Positions 1 through 9,297 of a DNA stretch of 64,000 bases are shown in pieces (position 1 is the first letter of the stretch; every line of letters starts with the position of its first letter). The notes beneath the pieces were generated by a model that ran no database searches, was not told where the DNA came from, and saw only the letters and a list, made by a program, of their open reading frames with translations. Source of the DNA: a bacterium (GTDB lineage Bacteria > UBA8248); assembly GCA_965219955.1 (NCBI GenBank), contig OZ244799.1, forward strand, positions 3,968,001 to 4,032,000. Reading direction: 5' to 3'. A program made the position numbers and the translations under genes.

Positions 1-607
1 AGTCAGCGACCGAGAGCGCCAGGTGGACATTTTGCTCGACCAGAAGAATCGTCATTCCGGCTTCCTTCAGTTTCTTGATGATTTCCCCCAGGCGCTCGAC
101 GAGTATCGGCGCAAGACCCGACGAAGGTTCATCGAGCAACAGAAGCTTCGGCCGCGAAATCAGGCCGCGCCCGAACGCGACGAGCTGCTGTTGTCCGACA
201 CTGAGCGTATTACCCTTACGGTTCAACCATTGTCGAATTTCAGGAAACCGTTCGTAGATTGACTCGAAATCATCTTTCGATTTCTCCTGGCGCCGTCGCG
301 CGAAGGCGCCAAGCCTCAGGTTCTCCATAACCGTCAGCGGCGCGAAGATGCGGCGACCCTGCGGCACAAGAGAAATGCCCATTGGAACGATTTCACGGGG
401 TTCCATACCGCAGATTTCCCTATCCTCGAATCGAATGCTGCCGGCGCTCGCCTTCACGGCGCCGACGATCGTTTTCAACGTCGTCGATTTTCCCGAGCCG
501 TTGCCGCCAAGCAGGGTAATGACCTTGCCGGCGGGAACGTCGAGCGAGACACCGCTCAATACCTGTACGGGGCCATATGCGGCCCAGATATTGTCAAGAG
601 TCAACAT
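1..607 (-). CDS. livF: Branched-chain amino acid ABC transporter ATP-binding protein (LivF-like), truncated at window edge
   Basis: Manual translation from ATG at 607 gives MLTLDNIWAAYGPVQVLSGVSLDVPAGKVITLLGGNGSGKSTT (Walker A); later LSVGQQQ signature and LLLDEP Walker B; overlaps the livG stop. Confidence 0.88.
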   Translation of the reverse strand, partial: MLTLDNIWAAYGPVQVLSGVSLDVPAGKVITLLGGNGSGKSTTLKTIVGAVKASAGSIRFEDREICGMEPREIVPMGISLVPQGRRIFAPLTVMENLRLGAFARRRQEKSKDDFESIYERFPEIRQWLNRKGNTLSVGQQQLVAFGRGLISRPKLLLLDEPSSGLAPILVERLGEIIKKLKEAGMTILLVEQNVHLALSVAD

Positions 608-1373
608 ATTTCATCGCCTTGCCCAGGTAGGCCTCGATTACATTCGGGTCCCTGCGTACGACCTCGGGTGTCCCCTCGGCGATCTTCTCGCCGTGGTCGA
701 GAACCGTGATCCGATCGGAAATGCTCATCACCAGGCGGATGACATGCTCAATCAGCAATATGCTCGTCTTGCCGCGAGATCGCAGGTTGTCCAGGATTTC
801 GGTGAGCCGCTCGTACATCACCGGACTCAATCCCGCGGCCGGCTCGTCCAACAGGACGAGCAGCGGATCGGAGACCAGTGCGCGCGCGAGTTCCAACATG
901 CGTTGTTGCCCAAACGACATCCGGTTCGCCGGACGGTTGGCAAGATGAGCGAGCCGCACGGATTCAAGCGCCTCATACGCCCTGTCCCTGATCTCCGAAT
1001 CTTCCCGCACGACCCGAGGCGGGCGAACGACCCCGCCGATAACACCGCTTCGGCTCTTGCCATGATAGCCGACCATGACGTTCTCAAGCCCCGTCATCTC
1101 CGAAAACACCTGCAGGTCTTGAAAGGTGCGCGAAATACCAAGGCCGGCCATGCTGTATGCCCTGGTCGAACTGATGTTCTGACCGTTAAAGACGACCTCT
1201 CCCGTTTTTTGATGCAGAAACCCCGTTATCGCGTTGCAAAGCGTCGTCTTCCCAGATCCGTTCGGACCAATCAGCCCATGGATCTCACCAATGCCGATCT
1301 CGAGCGATACGCTCGAGAGAGCCGTAAGCGCCCCATAATTTACGGTCAGATCATCCACTTTAAGAATCGACAT
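594..1373 (-). CDS. livG: Branched-chain amino acid ABC transporter ATP-binding protein (LivG-like)
   Basis: GPNGSGKTT Walker A, ISRTFQ, MSFGQQR, LLDEPAAG, IEH and C-terminal VIEAYLG motifs. Confidence 0.92.
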   Translation of the reverse strand: MSILKVDDLTVNYGALTALSSVSLEIGIGEIHGLIGPNGSGKTTLCNAITGFLHQKTGEVVFNGQNISSTRAYSMAGLGISRTFQDLQVFSEMTGLENVMVGYHGKSRSGVIGGVVRPPRVVREDSEIRDRAYEALESVRLAHLANRPANRMSFGQQRMLELARALVSDPLLVLLDEPAAGLSPVMYERLTEILDNLRSRGKTSILLIEHVIRLVMSISDRITVLDHGEKIAEGTPEVVRRDPNVIEAYLGKAMKYVDS

Positions 1374-3318
1374 TGGTTTTCACCGGATTGGCAGCCAGGA
1401 TTTCGTTATGCTCCGAGTTGATGACAGAGACTTCGGAAGTTTCTTCCTTGCGTCTGAATGTGGATAGCAACCGGTGGACGAGGTCAGCCAGTCCCCCCGG
1501 CAAGAACATCATGAACGCGACCAGAAGCAACCCGAAGATCAGGATTCTATACTCCGCAAGCCAGCGCAGCATTTCCGGAACCCCAAGGACGAAGAACGCG
1601 CCGATAACGGCGCCGGCAAAGCTGCCGAGACCACCGAGCACGATCATCGTCAGGAATGCGATCGACTGCAGGATCGTGAAGGAATCCGGACTGATATAGG
1701 AGAAGAAGTGGGCATACAGTGAACCTGCTGTCCCGGCGCAACCGGCGCCGATACAGAAGGAGAGTGTCCGGTACCAGGCGACATTCACTCCCATGGCGAC
1801 CGCAGCCAGCTCGTTCTCGCGTGCTGCGATCAAGCCACGGCCGTAACGTGACCCTATCAGACGCTGTAGCGCCACGAAGACGATTACCAGGACGGCTATC
1901 GTCAAAAAATAAAAGGGTGCGCCTTCCTCGAACACAAAGGAACCGATGGACGGTTTTCGAATGCCGCTGATGCCCGACATCCCGTTTGTAACTTCCTTCC
2001 AGTTGATGAACGTGAGATGCATAATTTCGCCGAAGCCCAGGGTTGCGATGGCGCAGAAATGGGTCGGCAGCCTCAAAATCGGCCCGAACAGCAATCCGAA
2101 TACCCCGGCGACAATCGCCGCCGCAATGATTGCGAGCAGGAATGGAACGCCAAAATATACGGTCAGGATCGCCGAAGTGTAGGCGCCGATTCCCAGAAAC
2201 GCCGCATGACCGACGATGATGGCGCCGGCGTATCCGATTACGAGCTGGAGTCCGAGGGCGCCCGTGGCGTAGATCAGGATGAGCGTGACGAGGTAGAGCT
2301 CATAAGTATCGAGGAGCGACGGCAGCAGCAAGGCCATGACGCCGAGTGCGGCGATCATGCCGTACCTGAGATGGACGGCCTGCTTTTCGTTCAGCTCAAA
2401 CAAGTCCGCTATCGTTTGCCGTCTGTACCTGAACACCAGGCTCCCGCCGCGCGGCATTCGAGGGATCGCTACGAGCATCAGCACGATGATGGTGATCCCG
2501 AAGGCAATCCCGTTCTTGTAGGCGGATGAAATGTAACCCGCGGCGAAAGTTTCCATCAGGCCTAGAATGGGACCTCCAATCATCGTACCGAGTATATGAA
2601 ACTGTCCAAGCGCCGCACCGGCGAATGCCCGGGGTCCCTGCAGCCAAAGATCCTGCGCGACAAAAAACAATGGTGCGATAAGGACGCCGGCGGCGCCCGC
2701 CAGCATGGAACTGATGCCAAAAGTCATGGTGACGACCCGGTCGAAACTTACACCCATAATTTCCGCTGTATAAGAATCGTATGCCGACGCCCGCCATGCG
2801 ATGCCGAGAAGTGTTCGCTGAAAGAAGTAATGCAGGCCGAGCATGGAAAGGATGGCGAGAGCGATAATCCAGATATGCTGAACGCTCATCGGCAGACCGG
2901 CCACGACAAGATGGCCGACTTGACCAACGGATACCGGGTAACGCAGCGGCGCGGCGCCCCAAATCAGCTGAGAGACCAGCCGAAGGCATATCCCGATACC
3001 AACCGTTGCGATGATCAAATTCAAGAGCGGCGATTGCCGAAGTCGAATCGGGCGCAGGGCTACCCGCTCGATCAGCATGCCGAGGATGCCGGTCAAGATA
3101 CTCGCTATAACGAATACGGCCAGATACGGCAGCGGTGTCGCCACCAGGAGGGTATATCCGATGAAAGCGCCCGACATCACCAGTTCGCCCTGTGCGAAGT
3201 TGACGAGCTCGGTGGCCCGCAACATCATCGTGAAGCCAAGAGCGATCAGGGCGTAGACGCAACCGACCGCCAGCCCGCCGACAACCTGCTGCGTGACGAT
3301 ATGTAAATCTATCCCCAT
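1360..3318 (-). CDS. Fused LivH-LivM ABC permease
   Basis: N-half has YALIALGFT...NFAQGE (LivH); C-half has ALGLQLVIGYAG...GHAAF and LGGLGSFAGAVIGA (LivM); start placed at MGIDLHIV (ORF track extends to 3399). Confidence 0.85.
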   Translation of the reverse strand: MGIDLHIVTQQVVGGLAVGCVYALIALGFTMMLRATELVNFAQGELVMSGAFIGYTLLVATPLPYLAVFVIASILTGILGMLIERVALRPIRLRQSPLLNLIIATVGIGICLRLVSQLIWGAAPLRYPVSVGQVGHLVVAGLPMSVQHIWIIALAILSMLGLHYFFQRTLLGIAWRASAYDSYTAEIMGVSFDRVVTMTFGISSMLAGAAGVLIAPLFFVAQDLWLQGPRAFAGAALGQFHILGTMIGGPILGLMETFAAGYISSAYKNGIAFGITIIVLMLVAIPRMPRGGSLVFRYRRQTIADLFELNEKQAVHLRYGMIAALGVMALLLPSLLDTYELYLVTLILIYATGALGLQLVIGYAGAIIVGHAAFLGIGAYTSAILTVYFGVPFLLAIIAAAIVAGVFGLLFGPILRLPTHFCAIATLGFGEIMHLTFINWKEVTNGMSGISGIRKPSIGSFVFEEGAPFYFLTIAVLVIVFVALQRLIGSRYGRGLIAARENELAAVAMGVNVAWYRTLSFCIGAGCAGTAGSLYAHFFSYISPDSFTILQSIAFLTMIVLGGLGSFAGAVIGAFFVLGVPEMLRWLAEYRILIFGLLLVAFMMFLPGGLADLVHRLLSTFRRKEETSEVSVINSEHNEILAANPVKTNVDS

Positions 3319-3772
3319 TTCACCGTTCCGCGTCGTTCGTATCGATCCCGCTTTACCCGGGTAAACTTCCATTCCCTGGTGGTCATACCTGAATTTCACT
3401 ACCGCAGGGATGGCGTCTCCGCCGCGGGCATCCGACTGTTTGGTTTCGGTGATCCGGCCGTGTTACGAAGACCATTCGGCCGGTTTTCTCCTCACCCGAA
3501 CATCTCTTGCGTCGTTTTGCCTCGCCGCAGATTTCCTTGCCTACGCCGCGGCGGGTTTTCATCGCAGGTTATCAATCAAGACAGAGATGTTTGGGAACAG
3601 GTTGCCAGGCACGGAACCTCGGCCCTTTGGGACGCAACGCATCACCCCTGATGGACAGCCTCCTCACCCATATCCAGGCGATGAAGCCATCAACCCTCAA
3701 GTCGACGGCCCGAAAACCACTCACGGCAGTCCGGTTGCCTGCAACCGGACTGCCGTGAGCTGCAATTAGACG

Positions 3773-4957
3773 CTATCGACCGAGAGATCGCCAAAACTCT
3801 CCGTCGGCATGTTTGCTGTCGACAATTTCCCCGATGATCGGAGCCCAGTCGCCGTCTCCGTTTTTAGCAAAATAGACGTTGCCCAGGATGCCGCTGTAGC
3901 TGTTCTTCGCGCTGGTGAGATTGCGCGTAAACGCGCCTATCTGTTTGCTGTCGGGGACGTAGCCGTTGGCCTTGACAGCCTCGAAAACGATGCCCACCGC
4001 GTCATAGAACTCGCCGGCCCAGGGGTCGGGACGTTCATTGAATTTCGCTATGTATGCCTTCATGAAGGGCGCCAGACGTTTGTCGGCGCTTACGGGAATG
4101 AAGGTCGTGGCGAACACCAATCCCTCTACATGCTTGCCGCCGAGTTCCACGAACTTCGGATTCCCGCCAATCGTATCGCCACCGAGAAGCCGAACCTTCA
4201 TGCCGAGCTCTTTCACCTGGCGGGCAATGATGGCCTGCTCCTGGAATCCCGTCGCCATGATGACTCCATCGGCGCCCGCGGCCTTGATGCGGCCGAGTTG
4301 GCCTGTGAAGTCCTTGTCGCCACGCGCGTATTCCTCTTTCGCCGCGGGCTTGAGCCCAAGCGTTTTCAATACAGCGACGGTGCTGGCGGAGAAGGATTTT
4401 CCGACCTCCTCATTGGACGAGAGGATGGCGATCTTTTTCAGACCAAGATTCTTAACGGCGTAATTGACGGTTGCGATATTCAGGCCCTTGGTCGGAATGG
4501 CAACCCGGAATATCCACTTGGAACCCTGCTGGGTGATAGGCCCCGCAACACTCGTTGTGTATTGCGGAATTTTCGCCGCTGCGGTGATCGGAACGATGGC
4601 GAGCGTACAAGTGCTTTGCCATGCTCCGAGGAGCGCATGAATCTTGTCGCGCGTGATGAGCTTGCGTGCAGCCGATACCGAGACGTCACATTTGGATTCA
4701 TCATCCTCGGCGATGATCTCGATCTTGACCTTGTCCTGCATCTTGTTCAGCTCTTCGGCCTTCAGCTGAGCCCCCTTGAGCTGGAATTGACCACCGAACG
4801 CAAGATCGCCGGTAAGAGGACCGAGCACGCCCAGCCGCAATACTTTCGCCGCCTCGGCATGACCGCCGAAGGGCGCGACGACTATGGTTGCCAGAGTGAA
4901 TGCAAGAACTGTTGCGGAAATTTGAAACCGACGCCTGATAGAGATTGTGTAGCGCAT
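3773..4957 (-). CDS. Periplasmic binding protein, Leu/Ile/Val-binding family
   Basis: Signal peptide, LGVLGPLTG, EDDESK, DFTGQL motifs; upstream of the permease and ATPases. Confidence 0.9.
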   Translation of the reverse strand: MRYTISIRRRFQISATVLAFTLATIVVAPFGGHAEAAKVLRLGVLGPLTGDLAFGGQFQLKGAQLKAEELNKMQDKVKIEIIAEDDESKCDVSVSAARKLITRDKIHALLGAWQSTCTLAIVPITAAAKIPQYTTSVAGPITQQGSKWIFRVAIPTKGLNIATVNYAVKNLGLKKIAILSSNEEVGKSFSASTVAVLKTLGLKPAAKEEYARGDKDFTGQLGRIKAAGADGVIMATGFQEQAIIARQVKELGMKVRLLGGDTIGGNPKFVELGGKHVEGLVFATTFIPVSADKRLAPFMKAYIAKFNERPDPWAGEFYDAVGIVFEAVKANGYVPDSKQIGAFTRNLTSAKNSYSGILGNVYFAKNGDGDWAPIIGEIVDSKHADGEFWRSLGR

Positions 4958-5230
4958 CTTGAACCTCCTTTTAAAAAGAGATTGACTAGCGCGTATAAAA
5001 CCTCGGTATTTCTATATGATGGCGTGAATGATTTGATGGCAATTGATATCTTAAATGTATCAGATGAGCATGCAGGTGTCTACGAGTAAAATCCGGACGC
5101 TTTTAATCGTCCGGGGAGGGATTGCAGACGCTAAGCAAAAAAGCAATCCAAAACGCTCATCCCGGCGTTCTTTCCAGGTCGCTGCGCGAACTGGATGCTG
5201 CAGGCTCAAAAGTTCCGCACTCCGGCGCCG

Positions 5231-6175
5231 TCACCCCGAAAGGGACTGGTAGGTCTTCATCACGGCGTAGCTGTGAAGGTCCTGGAAGAAGTCGAACCGC
5301 GGGTGATCCTCGGGCGGGGCGTAGGGCCTGTCGAGGTCGAGCGGGATTCGCTCCATCGCCTCTGCGAGCGTCCATCCGGCGCTGACGGCTCCCCGCACGG
5401 CCTGGGTCACGTCGCTCAGGTATTGCATGTACCCGCCCAGGAGTTCCGGCCCCGACATGGGGTTGTGGGCGGGTATGAGGGTTTCGACCTCGAGCGTCTG
5501 GGCGAGGCGCGCGATCGAGTTCATGTAGGTCGGCGCGTCGCTCTCCAGGGGGATGATGAGGTTTCCGCCCGTCATGTTGCCCGTCCAGGCGACCTTCGCC
5601 TCGGGAACATAGGTAATGGTGTCGCCGGGGGTGTTCGCCGGGCCGAAATAGTGCAGTTCCACCACCTTCCCGCCCAGGTCGATCCGCAGGTAGTCGTCGA
5701 AGACGACGTCGGGGCGGCGCAGTTCCACCTTCTCTAAAATCTTCGGGTCGTTCCCCACGCAGGGCAGCATGAAGCGCCGCTCTTCCTCGTGACAGGGAAC
5801 GAGGGCCGCCGTCCGGCGGTGCTGGATAATCACCGTCTCGGCCGGAAACGCGCAGTTCCCAAAGGTGTGGTCCCCGTGGTAGTTGGAGTTGACGAGGTAG
5901 CGGATGGGCTTGTCGGTCACTTCGCGCACCCGCTCCTGAATCTGCCGCGCCATGGCCGGGTTGATGTGGGCGTCGACCACCAGCACGTCTCTATCGCCCA
6001 CGACGAAACCGGCGTTGTCCACGTTGGGGATGGAGGATAGAAGCGCGTACACCCCCGGAGAGAGTTCCTTCGCGTCCAGCCGCGCCCCCGTCGGGTCGAG
6101 GAAGAAGGGGGTGAACCCCTCCGGAAAATCCGCCCAGTCCAGAGGTTTCCAAGCATCTTTCGCAGAAGCGTTCAT
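5231..6175 (-). CDS. Metallo-beta-lactamase-fold protein (cyclase/hydrolase-like) with substituted metal ligands
   Basis: NAGFVVG, LVVDA, SNYHGDHTFGN, PANTPGD, WTGN, IPAH motifs align with the MBL fold. Confidence 0.8.
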   Translation of the reverse strand: MNASAKDAWKPLDWADFPEGFTPFFLDPTGARLDAKELSPGVYALLSSIPNVDNAGFVVGDRDVLVVDAHINPAMARQIQERVREVTDKPIRYLVNSNYHGDHTFGNCAFPAETVIIQHRRTAALVPCHEEERRFMLPCVGNDPKILEKVELRRPDVVFDDYLRIDLGGKVVELHYFGPANTPGDTITYVPEAKVAWTGNMTGGNLIIPLESDAPTYMNSIARLAQTLEVETLIPAHNPMSGPELLGGYMQYLSDVTQAVRGAVSAGWTLAEAMERIPLDLDRPYAPPEDHPRFDFFQDLHSYAVMKTYQSLSG

Positions 6176-6369
6176 CCCGGACTCCTTTCGGCTATCGGCT
6201 GGTGTGCGCGCCTCACCACTGTAACCGAACGAAAAATAATTGCAAAAGGCCTGACATCAACTCTTTCCAGGCCGTTCGCAATGATTCTTGTCACTTCAGG
6301 GTGGGTGTTTCCGGGTGAGCAGGAGCGTCCGCGAGATAGTTCCTTCCCGCGAGCCGGTTCTGTTTCACC

Positions 6370-6419
6370 TTGACAGTATGTTGCATTTTTTGCAGGTTGT
6401 ATGCTGTTTTCGTATACAA
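6370..6419 (+). promoter_or_regulatory. Putative promoter/operator of the mutase operon
   Basis: TTGACA at 6370-6375 and inverted repeat TTGTAT-N11-ATACAA at 6397-6419, 25 bp before the hcmB ATG. Confidence 0.4.
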
Positions 6420-6444
6420 GTGAGAGACCGATGAGGAACCCCTC

Positions 6445-6852
6445 ATGAGTCAACCAATTCGCGTCCTGCTGGCGAAGGTGGGTCTCGACGGTCACGACCG
6501 GGGCGTCAAAATCGTCGCCCGCGCCCTGCGGGACGCCGGCATGGACGTGATCTACACCGGCCTGCACCGCTCGCCGGAAGAGGTGGTGACCGCCGCCGTA
6601 CAGGAAGACGTCGACGTGCTGGGCGTCAGTCTCCTCTCCGGCGTGCAGATGACGGTGTTCCCCAAGATATTCGACCTGCTCCGCACCAGCGGCGCCGACG
6701 ACATGATCGTCGTGGCCGGCGGCGTCATGCCGGACGAAGACGTGGTCCAGCTCAAGAAGATGGGGGTAAGCAAGGTGCTGCTGCAGGATACGCCGCCGCA
6801 AACGATTATCGATACGCTGACCCGTCTCGTGGAGGAGCGCGGCGCGCGCTGA
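6445..6852 (+). CDS. hcmB: B12-binding small subunit of acyl-CoA mutase (2-hydroxyisobutyryl-CoA mutase small subunit)
   Basis: GLDGHDRG (DxHxxG), GVSLLSG, VAGG cobalamin-binding motifs; operon context. Confidence 0.85.
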   Translation: MSQPIRVLLAKVGLDGHDRGVKIVARALRDAGMDVIYTGLHRSPEEVVTAAVQEDVDVLGVSLLSGVQMTVFPKIFDLLRTSGADDMIVVAGGVMPDEDVVQLKKMGVSKVLLQDTPPQTIIDTLTRLVEERGAR

Positions 6853-6862
6853 GCCGACACCC

Positions 6863-8293
6863 ATGGAGTCCTGGTCATTCCCACCCGCTTACGACGAGAA
6901 TTTCCTGCCGGCTCCCGAGGGCCGCTACTGGTTCCCCCGGCGGGAGACGATGCCGGCGGGAGACCGGGAGAAGGCCGTCCTGGAGCGCCTCCGGCAAGTC
7001 TGCGCCTACGCCTACGAGAATGCTGCCCTCTACCGCAATAAATGGGACGAGGCCGGTTTTCACCCGAGCCGGCTCAAGTCGCTCGAGGACTTCGAGGAGA
7101 AAGTCCCGGTCCTCACCAAAAAGGACCTGCGCGAGGCGCAGGAGCGCCGGCCGCCTTTTGGCGATTACCTCTGCGTGGACGAAACGGAAGTCTTTCACAT
7201 CCACGGCACCAGCGGCACGACCGGGCGGCCCACCGCCTTCGCCATCTCGCAGAACGACTGGCGCGCCATCGCCAACGCGCACGCGCGCATCATGTGGGGC
7301 ATGGGCCTGCGCCCCGGGGATACGATTTGCGTCGCCGCCGTGTTTTCTCTCTATATGGGGAGCTGGGGGGCGCTCGCAGGCGCGGAACGCCTCGGCGCGA
7401 AAGCCTTCCCGTTCGGCGCCGGCGCGTCCGGCATGTCGGCGCGCTGCGTGCAGTGGCTCAACATGCTGAAGCCCACCGCCTTCTACGGCACGCCGACCTA
7501 CGCCCTGCACCTCGCCCAGGTCGCGGAAGACGAGGGCCTGGACCCGCGCGATATGCAGCTCAAGATCATGTTCTTCTCCGGCGAGCCCGGCGCCTCGATC
7601 CCGGCCATCCGCGAGCGCATCGAGGGGCTCTACGGGGCCAGGGTCTACGACAGCGGCTCCATGGCCGAGATGAGTCCGTGGATGAACGTGGCGAGTTCGG
7701 CCGAGACGGACGGGATGCTCTGCTGGCAGGACGTCGTCTACACGGAAGTGTGCGACCCCGAAACCATGTGCCGGGTCCCCTACGGGGAACGGGGAACGCC
7801 CGTGTACACCCATCTCGAACGCGCCTCCCAGCCGATGATCCGCCTGGCGTCGGGGGACCTGACCCGCTGGGTGGACGAACCGAACCCGTGCGGGCGCACC
7901 TATCCGCGCCTGCCGCACGGTATTTTCGGGCGCATCGACGATATGTTCACGATCCGCGGCGAGAACGTGTATCCCAGCGAGATAGACGCCGCGCTCAACG
8001 AACTCGCGCACTATGGCGGAGAGCACCGGATCGTGATCAGCCGCGAGGCGGCGATGGACGAGTTGCTGCTGCGCGTCGAGGCCGACGCCGGGACCTTCGC
8101 CGACCCCGAGGGCGCCGCCCGGTTCTGCACGGAGGTCGAGCGCAAATTGCAGAAGGTGCTCGGGCTGCGGACGGGCGTGGAGATCGTCGAGCCGGGCTCG
8201 ATCCCCCGAACGGATTTCAAGGCGCGCCGCGTGATCGACGATCGCGCCGTCTTCCAGCAGATGCAGACGCAACTGGATGACGAAAACCGCTGA
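6863..8293 (+). CDS. Phenylacetate-CoA ligase-family enzyme, likely 2-hydroxyisobutyrate-CoA ligase
   Basis: HGTSGTTGRP, SGEPG, GRIDDMFTIRGENVYPS motifs; lies between the mutase subunits. Confidence 0.8.
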   Translation: MESWSFPPAYDENFLPAPEGRYWFPRRETMPAGDREKAVLERLRQVCAYAYENAALYRNKWDEAGFHPSRLKSLEDFEEKVPVLTKKDLREAQERRPPFGDYLCVDETEVFHIHGTSGTTGRPTAFAISQNDWRAIANAHARIMWGMGLRPGDTICVAAVFSLYMGSWGALAGAERLGAKAFPFGAGASGMSARCVQWLNMLKPTAFYGTPTYALHLAQVAEDEGLDPRDMQLKIMFFSGEPGASIPAIRERIEGLYGARVYDSGSMAEMSPWMNVASSAETDGMLCWQDVVYTEVCDPETMCRVPYGERGTPVYTHLERASQPMIRLASGDLTRWVDEPNPCGRTYPRLPHGIFGRIDDMFTIRGENVYPSEIDAALNELAHYGGEHRIVISREAAMDELLLRVEADAGTFADPEGAARFCTEVERKLQKVLGLRTGVEIVEPGSIPRTDFKARRVIDDRAVFQQMQTQLDDENR

Positions 8294-9297
8294 TGGGCGC
8301 CTATGTCCCTTCGGTGGAACTCATCGCCCGCGTCCAAAATGGCGAGCCGGCCGCTATCGGCCGCCTCATATCGCGCGCGGAGTCGGGCCTGGCGGAGGCG
8401 CGCGGCGCACTCGCCCGGGTTCATAAACTCGCCGGAGGAGCGCACCTCGTCGGCATCACCGGGGTGCCCGGCAGCGGGAAATCCACGCTCGTCGGCGGGC
8501 TTGCGCAAAGGCTGCGCGCCGGCGGCGAGAAGGTCGGCATCATCGCGATCGATCCGTCCTCTCCGTATTCGGGCGGCTCCATCCTGGGAGACCGCATCCG
8601 CATGAGCGACTTGAGCGCCGACCCCGGCGTTTATATCCGCAGCATGGCGACGCACGGGGCGACCGGCGGCATGGCGCGCGCGGCGCTCGAGGCGGCCGAT
8701 ATTCTCGATGCCGCCGGCTTCGGGGTCATCATTCTCGAAACCGTCGGCGTGGGCCAGGACGAGGTCGAGATCGTGCGGGCCTCCCACACCACGGTGGTGG
8801 TTTCCGCACCCGGCCTCGGGGACGAAGTCCAGGCGATCAAGGCGGGCCTTCTGGAGATCGCCGACATCCACGTCGTGTCGAAGTGCGACCGGGGCGACGC
8901 CAACCGGACGCTGACCGATTTGAAGCAGATGCTGACGCTCGGAGCGCACGAGAGCGAACCGTCCGCCTGGGCTGCTCCCGTCATCGGCACCAGCGCCGTT
9001 TCCGGGGAAGGGATCGACGAGTTGCGCGAGGCGATCACCCGCCATCGCGACGCGGCGTCAAATACCGATGCGGGCCGGGCGCGGCGCAAGAGCATCGCGG
9101 AATTCCGGCTGCGCAAAACCGCCGAAAATCTGTTGTATGATCGATTCAACGCCGCCACGGCTGCGGCGAGCGCGAAACTCGCCGAACAGCTGATGCGCCG
9201 GGAGGGCGACCCCTATTCGCTGGCGGAGGAATTGCTCTCCACGACGCTCGAAAGGGAGGGAGACCATGAACGAGACGTTCACTCAAAATCCGCTTGA
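8293..9297 (+). CDS. meaB: MeaB/ArgK-family GTPase chaperone of B12 mutase (MeaH-like)
   Basis: GITGVPGSGKST, DPSSPYSGGSILGDRIRM, ETVGVGQDE motifs. Confidence 0.92.
   Translation: MGAYVPSVELIARVQNGEPAAIGRLISRAESGLAEARGALARVHKLAGGAHLVGITGVPGSGKSTLVGGLAQRLRAGGEKVGIIAIDPSSPYSGGSILGDRIRMSDLSADPGVYIRSMATHGATGGMARAALEAADILDAAGFGVIILETVGVGQDEVEIVRASHTTVVVSAPGLGDEVQAIKAGLLEIADIHVVSKCDRGDANRTLTDLKQMLTLGAHESEPSAWAAPVIGTSAVSGEGIDELREAITRHRDAASNTDAGRARRKSIAEFRLRKTAENLLYDRFNAATAAASAKLAEQLMRREGDPYSLAEELLSTTLEREGDHERDVHSKSA

Noticed and set aside
6176-6444. Cobalamin riboswitch upstream of hcmB (CCACTGTAA at about 6216)
   Set aside because: Only a short match; no GGGAA core or AGCCAGGAGACC box seen; an Rfam scan would settle it
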